Assembly: GCA_047972825.1 (NCBI GenBank)
Contig: JBKEAX010000194.1
Span: 1 to 30,068, forward strand
Source: Hyphomicrobiaceae bacterium
GTDB lineage: Bacteria; Pseudomonadota; Alphaproteobacteria; Rhizobiales; Hyphomicrobiaceae
Reading direction: 5' to 3'
DNA length: 30,068 bases
In this document: positions 20,006 to 28,640 of the stretch, one piece after another
Layout: the number at the start of each line of letters is the position of its first letter
Numbering within the stretch: the stretch's first letter is position 1
Notes under the pieces: model-generated
Told to the model about the DNA's origin: nothing
The model's database searches: none
What the model saw: only the letters and a program-made list of their open reading frames with translations
Translations under genes and position numbers: made by a program

Positions 20006-20065
20006 GGGCTGCGCGAAGGCCGCTGTGTGATACAAAAGCCGGCGGTTCTTGAGTTGTGAATTGGC

Positions 20066-20102
20066 GAAGGGCTGGCGAAATGCCAGCCCTTCTGCTTTTT
20101 TT
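20066..20102 (+). terminator. Rho-independent terminator
   Basis: GAAGGGCTGGC-GAAAT-GCCAGCCCTTC stem followed by TGCTTTTTTT. Confidence 0.75.
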
Positions 20103-20130
20103 GACAGCTGGTTGGGCGAGGATGTGAGGC

Positions 20131-20700
20131 ATGGAAACCGGTTCGGGAGTTACCCACTTGCGACGCTGGGCTGAGCTTCCGCATGACACCGAGCTGATCG
20201 CGGCGCTGGATGCAATTTTTTATGAGGCGAGCCACACCAAGTCATTTGAGTCTGAGGGTGTGCGGGAAGCGTTTCGCCACCGCTGGCTTGGCCGGTATCT
20301 CGACGACTTCCCTGAGCTGTCCCAAGTCCTGTTCGTCGGAGGGACCATAGTACCGGAAACGTTGGCGGGCTACGTAATTGGAGCGCACCACGACCCAGCC
20401 CTGACAGACCGCTACGATGACATTGGCTACTTTCCCTTGCTGGCGGACCTGACACGCCGGTTTCCGGCGCACTTGCACATAAATTTGCGTCACGATCTCA
20501 GGGGGCGTGGATATGGGGCTGTTCTAATCGAGCGGTTCGTCGAAGATGTTCGGGATGCCGGATTGCCTGGAGTGCATGTCGTCACAGGCGCAGGTTTGCG
20601 AAACGTCGGGTTCTATAAGCGCAACGGATTTGAGTTTTCCAGGACCTTCCCATGGAAAGGCAATGAGCTGGTGTTTCTGGGACGTGATGTAGCCACCTGA
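20131..20700 (+). CDS. GNAT family N-acetyltransferase
   Basis: PAHLHINL..RGRGYG..L acetyl-CoA motif; GVHVVT..NVGFYKRNGF. Confidence 0.88.
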   Translation: METGSGVTHLRRWAELPHDTELIAALDAIFYEASHTKSFESEGVREAFRHRWLGRYLDDFPELSQVLFVGGTIVPETLAGYVIGAHHDPALTDRYDDIGYFPLLADLTRRFPAHLHINLRHDLRGRGYGAVLIERFVEDVRDAGLPGVHVVTGAGLRNVGFYKRNGFEFSRTFPWKGNELVFLGRDVAT

Positions 20701-20836
20701 AAGCGGGCGGATAGCCTCCAGGCTTGCCGATTTGCGCCTGCCAGCAGCCTCTGCCATACTTGGGCGAGATTATTTCCATGGTCCATTCAACAACGCTTAG
20801 ATCTGGTGTGATTTTTCGTTTGCGCCGGCCTGTTGA

Positions 20837-21676
20837 ATGATGTCCATCGATCCATGTGCCAACGCGGGTTGCGCTACCGGGGAGAACATATTGGGCGACG
20901 CAGCCATCGCATCATCGGGATCTGCCGCAGGGCGTTCTGCTTCACCTGCCATCGTGCTGGACCGCGTCAACAAGTGGTATGGCTCTTTCCACGTGCTCAA
21001 AGACGTCAGTCTGGTCGTTGAGAAAGGCGAGAGGATTGTCATCTGCGGCCCGTCGGGATCGGGCAAGTCGACACTCATCCGCTGCATCAACCGCCTGGAG
21101 GAGCATCAGGAGGGGCAGATCCTGGTTGAAGGAGAGGAATTGACCAGCGACCTGAGGCGGATCGAGAAGATCCGTTCTGATGTCGGCATGGTATTCCAGT
21201 CGTTTAACCTGTTTCCGCACCTCACGGTTCTTGATAACCTTTGCCTCGCGCCGCAGTGGGTGCGCAAGCTGCCTCGCAGCGCGGCGGAGGACCTCGCGAT
21301 GGGTTTCCTTGAGCGAGTGCGAATCCCTGACCAGGCGGCTAAATATCCTGGTCAACTTTCTGGGGGACAGCAGCAGCGCGTCGCGATTGCCCGGGCACTA
21401 TGCATGAACCCCAGGATCATGCTGTTTGATGAGCCAACTTCTGCACTTGATCCCGAAATGGTCAAAGAGGTGTTGGATGTCATGACGGAACTGGCTGGGC
21501 AGGGTATGACAATGCTGGTCGTCACTCATGAGATGGGTTTTGCAAAAGCCGTTGCAGACCGGGTTATCTTCATGGATGAGGGTGAGATCGTCGAGGATGC
21601 TCCGCCGCAAAAGTTCTTTACAGACCCCCGGTCAGATAGGACACGCCTCTTCCTCGCCCAGATCCTGGATCACTGA
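20837..21676 (+). CDS. aapP: Polar amino acid ABC transporter ATP-binding protein (AapP/BztD-like); start may be TTG 20891
   Basis: Walker [38 protein letters not shown]; adjacent to aapJQM-like genes. Confidence 0.9.
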   Translation: MMSIDPCANAGCATGENILGDAAIASSGSAAGRSASPAIVLDRVNKWYGSFHVLKDVSLVVEKGERIVICGPSGSGKSTLIRCINRLEEHQEGQILVEGEELTSDLRRIEKIRSDVGMVFQSFNLFPHLTVLDNLCLAPQWVRKLPRSAAEDLAMGFLERVRIPDQAAKYPGQLSGGQQQRVAIARALCMNPRIMLFDEPTSALDPEMVKEVLDVMTELAGQGMTMLVVTHEMGFAKAVADRVIFMDEGEIVEDAPPQKFFTDPRSDRTRLFLAQILDH

Positions 21677-21824
21677 GCGATCGATGGCGATGTAATCGTC
21701 CTGTCCATCAATATCGGTTGGCAAGCGGTTGCGGCGGGACGGATTGAAACGTATTTCCAGGGCTCGGGCGGCGCGTGATGGCGCGCCCAAGCCTGCATAG
21801 ATCAGAGTCTTTATGAGGTGCATG

Positions 21825-22850
21825 ATGAAACGACTGCTCAAAGCCACGCTAGCGGCTGCTATCTCAACGGGGCTGGCTGCGGCTCCAGCGATGGCTGCGG
21901 AAAGCACGCTGCAAAAGGTAAAGGACCTCGGCAAACTTTCGTGTGGGGTCAACACTGGTATTGCAGGCTTCGGTGCACCTGATGACAAGGGCAACTGGTC
22001 GGGACTGGACGTCGATGTGTGCAAGGCCGTGGCTGCGGCAGTCTTCAAGGATGGATCGCTCGTAAAATATGTGCCCCTTACGGCAAAGGAACGTTTCACG
22101 GCATTGCAGTCGGGTGAAATTGATCTTCTGTCCCGCAATACGACGTGGACCATGAGCCGTGATACATCGGCTGGCCTCACGTTTACCGGTATCACCTACT
22201 TTGACGGCCAGGGGTTCCTTGTGAACAAGGAGCTTGGCGTCAAGTCTGCCAAAGAACTTTCCGACGCCAGTATCTGCGTGCAGACGGGCACGACGACTGA
22301 GCTCAATGTGGCTGACTATTTCCGTCAGAACGGGATGAACTACAAGCCGGTGGTGTTTGAGAAGCTCCCCGAGACGATTGCAGCCTACAATGCCGGTCGG
22401 TGCGATGTATTCACATCGGACGCCTCACAGCTCTATTCAGTGCGGCTGACGCTTGGCAATCCTGACAACCATATCGTGTTGCCTGAAGTGATCTCCAAAG
22501 AACCGCTTGGGCCTGCAGTGCGCCAGGGTGATCCGCAATGGGCCAACATTGTACGGTGGGTGTTTTTTGCCCTGGTCAACGCTGAAGAACTCGGCATCTC
22601 TTCGAAGAACCTTGACGAGATGAAGGAATCCGCAAACCCGGAGGTGCGTCGCTTGCTCGGACTGGAAGGTGAATTCGGCAAAGGCATCGGCCTTGATGCA
22701 GACTGGGCCTATCAGGCGATCAAGGCCGTCGGCAACTACGGAGAGATGTTTGCGCGCAATGTTGGCGCAGATTCACGGTTGAAAATTTCGCGCGGCCAGA
22801 ACGCTTTGTGGCGTGATGGCGGACTGCAATATGCGCCCCCGATTCGCTAA
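21825..22850 (+). CDS. aapJ: Amino acid ABC transporter substrate-binding protein (AapJ/BztA-like)
   Basis: Signal peptide; ERFTALQSGEIDLLSRNTTWT, ISKEPLGP, VGNYGE and GGLQYAPPIR motifs; GAGG RBS. Confidence 0.92.
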   Translation: MKRLLKATLAAAISTGLAAAPAMAAESTLQKVKDLGKLSCGVNTGIAGFGAPDDKGNWSGLDVDVCKAVAAAVFKDGSLVKYVPLTAKERFTALQSGEIDLLSRNTTWTMSRDTSAGLTFTGITYFDGQGFLVNKELGVKSAKELSDASICVQTGTTTELNVADYFRQNGMNYKPVVFEKLPETIAAYNAGRCDVFTSDASQLYSVRLTLGNPDNHIVLPEVISKEPLGPAVRQGDPQWANIVRWVFFALVNAEELGISSKNLDEMKESANPEVRRLLGLEGEFGKGIGLDADWAYQAIKAVGNYGEMFARNVGADSRLKISRGQNALWRDGGLQYAPPIR

Positions 22851-22875
22851 GGCGGATTGACAGGGGACGGCAGAG

Positions 22876-24087
22876 ATGGCGGCAAAGCGCGAGAAGGTGG
22901 CTGGACAAAACACCAAAACCGCTCGCATGTCCGCCGTCGATGCTCTTTATGATCCACGTAGCCGGGGCATTCTTTTTCAGCTGCTTTTGATAGTGGCGAT
23001 TGTTTCCCTCGGCTACGAGATCGTGACCAACGCGATCGAAAACCTGCAAAAGCAGCACATTGCTTCCGGGTTCGGTTTCCTGGACACGACCGCAGGCTTC
23101 GACATATCGCAGTCGCTGATTGCCTACACAAACACATCCAGTTATGGGCGTGCGTTCTGGGTCGGCTTGCTCAACACATTGTTCGTTGCAGCACTTGGTG
23201 TCGTCCTGGCGACGGTGATAGGGTTCATCGTTGGCATTGGGCGGCTATCGTCCAACTGGCTTATTGCCAGGCTTGCGGGTGTCTACGTCGAAGTGTTGCG
23301 TAACATCCCGCCGTTGTTGATGTTGTTTGCGATCTACTTCGCCGTACTGAAGACGCTGCCGGCGCCTCGCGATAGCATCGCATTGCCGTTTGACAGCTAT
23401 CTCAACGTTCGCGGGTTAGCCGTGCCACTGCCGGTTTGGCAGGACGGGATTTGGTGGGTGGTGCTGGCGTTCCTGGTGGGCCTTGTTGCAGCCATTTCGC
23501 TGTGGTGGGTCGCGGCGCGACAAAGGGAGCGAACCGGCAAGGCATTTCCAGCCGTCTGGGTGGGTGCCGCTCTGATCGTTGGGCTGCCGCTTCTTGTTTT
23601 TTTTGCTTCGGGTCGTCCTGTTGAGTTTGATTTGCCAAAGATCGGTCGTTTCAATGTCTCTGGCGGTCTGACGCTGCTGCCGGAACTGGTTGCCCTGCTT
23701 GGCGGACTATCGCTCTACACCGCCGCATTTATCGCCGAAATCGTGCGCGCTGGTGTGCAGGGCGTTGAGAAGGGGCAGAAGGAAGCGGCCGCGGCGCTGG
23801 GTCTTCCTGCCGGGCAAGTGATGCGGCTGGTGGTTATTCCTCAAGCCCTGAGGATCATCATCCCGCCGCTCACCAATCAATACCTCAATCTGACCAAGAA
23901 CTCTTCATTGGCAGTCGCGATCGGCTATCCTGATCTTGTGCATGTGTTTGCCGGGACCGTTCTCAACCAGACCAACCAGGCAATCGAAGTTATTCTCATA
24001 ACGATGGCCGTTTATCTGGCGATAAGCCTGGTAACGTCAGTGTCGATGAACTGGTTCAATGCGCGCATGGCATTGGTGGAGCGCTGA
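22876..24087 (+). CDS. aapQ: Amino acid ABC transporter permease (AapQ/BztB-like)
   Basis: GFGFLD..AGFDI, GLLNTL, AFIAEIVRAG, GQKEAA.ALG, YLNLTKNSSLAVAIGYPDL. Confidence 0.92.
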   Translation: MAAKREKVAGQNTKTARMSAVDALYDPRSRGILFQLLLIVAIVSLGYEIVTNAIENLQKQHIASGFGFLDTTAGFDISQSLIAYTNTSSYGRAFWVGLLNTLFVAALGVVLATVIGFIVGIGRLSSNWLIARLAGVYVEVLRNIPPLLMLFAIYFAVLKTLPAPRDSIALPFDSYLNVRGLAVPLPVWQDGIWWVVLAFLVGLVAAISLWWVAARQRERTGKAFPAVWVGAALIVGLPLLVFFASGRPVEFDLPKIGRFNVSGGLTLLPELVALLGGLSLYTAAFIAEIVRAGVQGVEKGQKEAAAALGLPAGQVMRLVVIPQALRIIIPPLTNQYLNLTKNSSLAVAIGYPDLVHVFAGTVLNQTNQAIEVILITMAVYLAISLVTSVSMNWFNARMALVER

Positions 24088-24090
24088 AGG

Positions 24091-25224
24091 ATGGCGAGAA
24101 GCACAACCGGTTCGTCTATCCGCATGCAGCGAACGCCGTCACGGCCGCCGCCAGGTAGCGCCGGCCCCGTGGCCTGGGCGCGTCGCAACTTGTTTTCCAC
24201 CCCGCTCAATGTGGCGTTGACATTGCTTGGCGTGTGGATCGTATGGACTGCGGTCACTTCCGTATTCGATTGGGCCATCGTACGCGCAGTGTTTACCGGG
24301 AGTGACGGCAGCGCATGTGCCAAAGATGGCAGTGGGGCGTGTTGGGCTTTCATTGCAGCCAAGCTCGACCAGTTTACCTATGGACGCTATCCCGAAGCGG
24401 AACGTTGGCGGGCGAACCTGACGATGGGGCTGGGCGCGTTGGGGCTGGCTGGACTGATGATTCCAGGTGTGCCGCGAAAGGGCTGGATCGCCGTCTTCAC
24501 TTTGTTGGTTTTTCCGGTCATCGCCTACTATTTGCTGACTGGAGGAGCCTTTGGTCTCAAAGCCGTGGAAACGGAGCTTTGGGGCGGGTTGATGGTGACA
24601 CTCGTGGTGGCCATCGTCGGCATCGTCGCTTCGTTTCCAATTGCCGTGCTGCTGGCATTGGGGCGGCGGTCTCAGTTGCCTTTTGTGAGATATGCATCGA
24701 TCGGCTTTATCGAATTTGTGCGCGGTGTCCCGCTTATCACCATGTTGTTCATGGCGTCGGTCATGCTGCCGCTGTTCCTGCCGGACGGGGTCACGTTCGA
24801 TAAGTTGTTGCGGGCGCTGATTGGTGTTGCCCTGTTTCAGGGTGCTTATCTGGCTGAGGTGATACGCGGTGGATTGCAGGCGATTCCGCGCGGACAATAT
24901 GAAGCCGCTGATGCGCTGGGCTTGTCCTATCCCAAGAAGATGGGACTGATTGTCATGCCGCAGGCGCTTAAACTGGTCATTCCCGGCATCGTCAATTCAT
25001 TCATCGCTTTGTTCAAGGACACCAGTCTGGTTCTAATCATCGGAATTTTCGACCTGCTGGGTATTGTGCAACAAGCCGTATCCTCTGATGCGACGTGGTT
25101 TTCCCCAGCAACGCCACTTACGGCCTACGTGTTCGCCGGCTTTATTTTCTGGGTGTTCTGTTTTGGCATGTCGCGCTACGCGCAGTGGATGGAGCGGCGG
25201 CTGAGTAGCGGCCAGCAGCGATAG
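24091..25224 (+). CDS. aapM: Amino acid ABC transporter permease (AapM/BztC-like)
   Basis: [50 protein letters not shown]. Confidence 0.92.
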   Translation: MARSTTGSSIRMQRTPSRPPPGSAGPVAWARRNLFSTPLNVALTLLGVWIVWTAVTSVFDWAIVRAVFTGSDGSACAKDGSGACWAFIAAKLDQFTYGRYPEAERWRANLTMGLGALGLAGLMIPGVPRKGWIAVFTLLVFPVIAYYLLTGGAFGLKAVETELWGGLMVTLVVAIVGIVASFPIAVLLALGRRSQLPFVRYASIGFIEFVRGVPLITMLFMASVMLPLFLPDGVTFDKLLRALIGVALFQGAYLAEVIRGGLQAIPRGQYEAADALGLSYPKKMGLIVMPQALKLVIPGIVNSFIALFKDTSLVLIIGIFDLLGIVQQAVSSDATWFSPATPLTAYVFAGFIFWVFCFGMSRYAQWMERRLSSGQQR

Positions 25225-25273
25225 TGTCATCTCATCTGGTGTGTCTGGTCGGGCTGGAGGCTCGAACGACCGT

Positions 25274-25379
25274 TAGATCACGTTCACTTTTTACGGAATC
25301 GCGAACGCTCTCTCTTTTCTTTTATTTCTCGCGGTGTTCTTCACGCCGAACCGCGTACACTTCGGCTGAACATGCTCTA
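25274..25379. repeat. Complete RIME/CIR-like two-hairpin intergenic repeat (106 bp)
   Basis: TAGATCACGTTC..GAATC..GAACGCTCT, pyrimidine-rich spacer, GTGTTC..GCCGAA..TTCGGC.GAACATGCTCTA. TAG/CTA ends; contains a GANTC site; the terminal CTA is the stop of the carboxypeptidase gene. Confidence 0.82.
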
Positions 25380-27197
25380 ACGTGTGCGTGTCACGAAGCA
25401 GTCGATTGATTTCCGCCTAAGTTCCTGACAGGCAGCAGTCGCGCCGTTTGAATCGAACCCGGCAAAACGGGCGCGGAAAAGGCGCTTGTCGCCGCGCGTT
25501 ACGGCTTGGGTTACGGGGGCTGCTTGCTTTAGGACTGCGCCGGCTTTGGCTTGAACCGTTTCCAGTTGTTGTTTGGCTTCAGTTGCGCTGTTGAATGCGC
25601 CGATCTGAATGAAGTGCGTGTTCGGGCTGGTTTGCGCGGAAGTCTTTAATGCGGGCCGCATTGCAGTCCGCGTGCCGTTGGTCACAGCCCCAGGGCTACC
25701 GGCAGTGCTGTTCAAAGCTGCGGGTTGGTTGCTGGCCAGGATTTTGGACAGCTGGTCCTGCAAGCTTGATGGGCGGCGGCCAGTTGCTGTCGCATTATTT
25801 GCTAGAGTGCTGTCCGGCTGCCGTTTCGGTGTAGGGTCATCTGCCGGCACGTTAGACACCAGTGCAGGTGGTGTATGGGAACTCGGAGCTGGCGTTATTG
25901 CACCATTGAATTGCACACCGCCTGAAGGTGGAATTGAGCCCGTCGCGGCAATGAGTTCGGCAATCGACCGTGGTCCTTTGCGATTTGACAGGGGATCTTC
26001 ACCTATCGCCCTTCCTGCTGCGCCAGGATTGAGGGGCTGTGCGGTGTTCGTGTGAGGTGGCGTTGCGTATTTTGCAGAGGACAAATGTTTGTCGATCGCA
26101 ACCTGGCGTACGCGCGCAATGGCGATTTGGTGATTGTTAACCGGCTCTGTTGCTTGCGGGGGCCGCATTGCCGGCGCCGGGCTGTTGGCTGAGGCGGCGT
26201 TGGCGACAACTGCGGCGGCAGCATAGATGGGGGCACCGGTTGGCAGTGGAGCCTTGGACGGCGCTAATGACGGGCGTTTGTTGGGTTGAGGCTGGCGCAC
26301 CATTTTGGGTGTCGCCACCAACATCGGGTTGCCAGCAGGTTTGCGCGTTTTACGGGTTGAAGCCTTGCCCAGGGCTTTGGTGAGAATTGCGCGCATCGTG
26401 GCATTACGCCGCCGGGCCGTTTTGCCGCCAAATACGGCAGCGACCAGATGTTTGTTGTCGCGCCGCACCGAAGAGACAAGGTTGAAGCCGGCGGCACGAA
26501 TATAACCCGTCTTGATGCCGTCCGTACCGTTGAACGAGCGCAGCAAGGTGTTGTGGTTGCGATATTCCTTTCCGCCATAGGTGAAGCTGCGCGTGCGGAA
26601 TAGCTTGTAGTGCTTGGGAAAATCATCCTGTAGCCGTAGCGCCAGGGTGAGCATGTCACGGGCGGTCGTCGTCTGTGACGTGTCAGGCAACCCAGAAGCG
26701 TTTTTGAACGTGGTTTTCGACATCCCCATTGCGCGTGCTTTTTGCGTCATCAGCCGTGCGAAATTGGCTTCGCTACCGCCAATATGTTCAGCCAGGGCTG
26801 TGGCGATGTCATTGGCGGATTTCGTGACCAACGAAAGTACAGCGTTGCGCACGGTGATGGTTTCGCCCGGTTTAAGGCCCAGTTTCGAAGGTGGCTGGGC
26901 GGCGGCCTGCGCGGAAATTGTGATGCGGTCGGAAAACTTCAGGCGCTTGCGCTCAATGAAGTCGAACGTGAGATAAAGCGTCATCATTTTCGTGAGTGAG
27001 GCTGGGTAGCGCTGCGCGTCTGCGTGCGATTGGTAGAGCACTTTGCCGGTGTTGGCGTCGATAACCATCGCAGCGTGCTTGGTTTCAGCCAATGCTGAAG
27101 CTGGTGCGGCAAGGAGTAGCGTCAATGCTGCCAGCAATTGCACAGCGCAACTGCAGCATGAATATGAAAATGCCCATTTTCGACCTTGGTCGGCCAT
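25377..27197 (-). CDS. D-alanyl-D-alanine carboxypeptidase (peptidase S11) with C-terminal SPOR domain
   Basis: SxxK (ASLTKMM), SxN (KSAND), KTG (GIKTGY); long Pro/Ala linker; SPOR FIQIGAF..LFRARFAGF. Confidence 0.93.
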   Translation of the reverse strand: MADQGRKWAFSYSCCSCAVQLLAALTLLLAAPASALAETKHAAMVIDANTGKVLYQSHADAQRYPASLTKMMTLYLTFDFIERKRLKFSDRITISAQAAAQPPSKLGLKPGETITVRNAVLSLVTKSANDIATALAEHIGGSEANFARLMTQKARAMGMSKTTFKNASGLPDTSQTTTARDMLTLALRLQDDFPKHYKLFRTRSFTYGGKEYRNHNTLLRSFNGTDGIKTGYIRAAGFNLVSSVRRDNKHLVAAVFGGKTARRRNATMRAILTKALGKASTRKTRKPAGNPMLVATPKMVRQPQPNKRPSLAPSKAPLPTGAPIYAAAAVVANAASANSPAPAMRPPQATEPVNNHQIAIARVRQVAIDKHLSSAKYATPPHTNTAQPLNPGAAGRAIGEDPLSNRKGPRSIAELIAATGSIPPSGGVQFNGAITPAPSSHTPPALVSNVPADDPTPKRQPDSTLANNATATGRRPSSLQDQLSKILASNQPAALNSTAGSPGAVTNGTRTAMRPALKTSAQTSPNTHFIQIGAFNSATEAKQQLETVQAKAGAVLKQAAPVTQAVTRGDKRLFRARFAGFDSNGATAACQELRRKSIDCFVTRTR

Positions 27198-27449
27198 TAG
27201 ATGCTCGAATTAACCAAGTAATAATAGATAGTTATCGCGGATATGCGAGATTCAGGGTTGTGTAAAACCCTGCTGCCCCGTCCCCGAGGTAGGTACCCCT
27301 CACATTGTTGTGTAAGGGAACATTATTGTTGGGCAGCTTTTTGACATGGGCTGCCGTCTACAACTCCAACTGTATCCTACATATGGGAAAAACTTGGTTA
27401 GCAAACCTAGTTAATGAAAGGTTGATATGCCGTAAGGGGGAAAAATTTG

Positions 27450-27461
27450 TGCGGTGCACAA
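27450..27461 (+). promoter_or_regulatory. PhaR box 1
   Basis: TGCGGTGCACAA fits the rhizobial PhaR motif TGCRNYGCASMA; upstream of the phasin gene. Confidence 0.7.
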
Positions 27462-27469
27462 TTTTTGTG

Positions 27470-27498
27470 TTGAACTCGGCGGCCTGGAGGGCTATCTA
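27470..27498 (+). promoter_or_regulatory. Putative phasin promoter
   Basis: TTGAAC (27470-27475), 17-nt spacer, (GC)TATCTA (27493-27498), between the two PhaR boxes. Confidence 0.55.
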
Positions 27499-27514
27499 GG
27501 GTGCACGGGCGTGT

Positions 27515-27526
27515 TGCGACGCAGCA
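27515..27526 (+). promoter_or_regulatory. PhaR box 2
   Basis: TGCGACGCAGCA fits TGCRNYGCASMA. Confidence 0.7.
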
Positions 27527-27610
27527 AGCCCATGGAAATACACGTTTCGCCCGAACCCGACCTAAGCCGCTCGTAGCGGGCGAGCCCGTAACGCACACGA
27601 GGTGAATCCC

Positions 27611-27940
27611 ATGATCAATGGTATTGAAGATTTTCAAAAGCTTAGCCAGGCCAACATGGATCTGGCGATGAAGTCATTTGGTGAGATGAGCAAGGGCTGG
27701 CAGGCCATTGCTGCGGAATTTTCCGACTATTCCAAGCGGTCATTCGAAGATGGCACCACGACGCTTGAGAAGCTGATGTCTGCCAAGTCGCTGGAACAGG
27801 CCGTCGATATCCAGACCAAGTACGTCAAGCGCAGCTATGATGAATATATGCACCAGCTCGCCAAAGTCGGCTCCATGTATGCTGAATTGGCGAAAGAAGC
27901 CTACCGGCCAATGGAAAAGCTGATGCAAAGCGGGCGCTGA
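27611..27940 (+). CDS. Phasin family protein
   Basis: EDFQKLSQ.NMD.AMKSFG..SKGWQAIA.E..DYSKRSFE..EKL..AKSLEQA..IQ pattern; GAGGTG RBS; PhaR boxes upstream. Confidence 0.9.
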   Translation: MINGIEDFQKLSQANMDLAMKSFGEMSKGWQAIAAEFSDYSKRSFEDGTTTLEKLMSAKSLEQAVDIQTKYVKRSYDEYMHQLAKVGSMYAELAKEAYRPMEKLMQSGR

Positions 27941-27968
27941 GGTTTCGCAGCCTGACGCCAACAAATTT

Positions 27969-27997
27969 AGGCCCGGCATTATGCCGGGCCTTTTTTT
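27969..27997 (+). terminator. Rho-independent terminator of phasin
   Basis: AGGCCCGGCAT-T-ATGCCGGGCCT inverted repeat followed by a T run. Confidence 0.88.
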
Positions 27998-28269
27998 GTC
28001 CGCAGCAGACACAACATAACGTTCAGCGTGAGTTTGGTACAATCTTGCGTCAGGGTTCCTATGCAACTCTGGTGGAGGGTTGATGCTGGCCAGGATTTGG
28101 CGAGGGGTAGGGCAGAAAGTCGTGAATTGGAGTTGTGCGAATTGCAACGGGGCGGGCAGGTCCGTTACAAGTGGTTCTGGCACCTGTCACGACCGATAAC
28201 AACAATAGTGAGGTGCTGTGAGACGTGAGCGACATTGACGCTGGGGCAACCCGCGGAGACGGCTGGGAC

Positions 28270-28632
28270 ATGAGCAAGAAAAGCGGCATTTGGACATTGG
28301 GCAAAGACGACGACGCTGATAAGGGCGGCGGCAATGACGGTCGCACGGACATCGTTACGAAAACCCGTCCAAAAACGAAAAAGCCCAGCCTCTACAAGGT
28401 GCTTCTTCTCAACGACGACTACACGCCCATGGAATTCGTCGTTCTCGTGCTTGAGCGCTATTTCAACAAGGGCCGCGAGGACGCAACGCGGATTATGCTG
28501 CACGTTCACCACAAAGGTGTCGGACTTTGTGGCGTTTACACTTTTGAGGTCGCGGAAACCAAGGTCACGCAGGTCATGGATTTCGCACGCCAACATCAGC
28601 ATCCTTTGAGATGCACCATGGAGAAGGAGTAG
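28270..28632 (+). CDS. clpS: ATP-dependent Clp protease adaptor ClpS (alternative start GTG 28225)
   Basis: [48 protein letters not shown]. Confidence 0.97.
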   Translation: MSKKSGIWTLGKDDDADKGGGNDGRTDIVTKTRPKTKKPSLYKVLLLNDDYTPMEFVVLVLERYFNKGREDATRIMLHVHHKGVGLCGVYTFEVAETKVTQVMDFARQHQHPLRCTMEKE

Positions 28633-28640
28633 CAGGTCCC

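Noticed and set aside
20720..20737. Sigma54 promoter upstream of the amino-acid transporter
   Set aside because: GG to GC spacing is 11 nt instead of the required 10.
25650..26330. Long Pro/Ala-rich insert in the carboxypeptidase as an intein or inserted element
   Set aside because: No intein motifs or terminal repeats; typical disordered linker before a SPOR domain.
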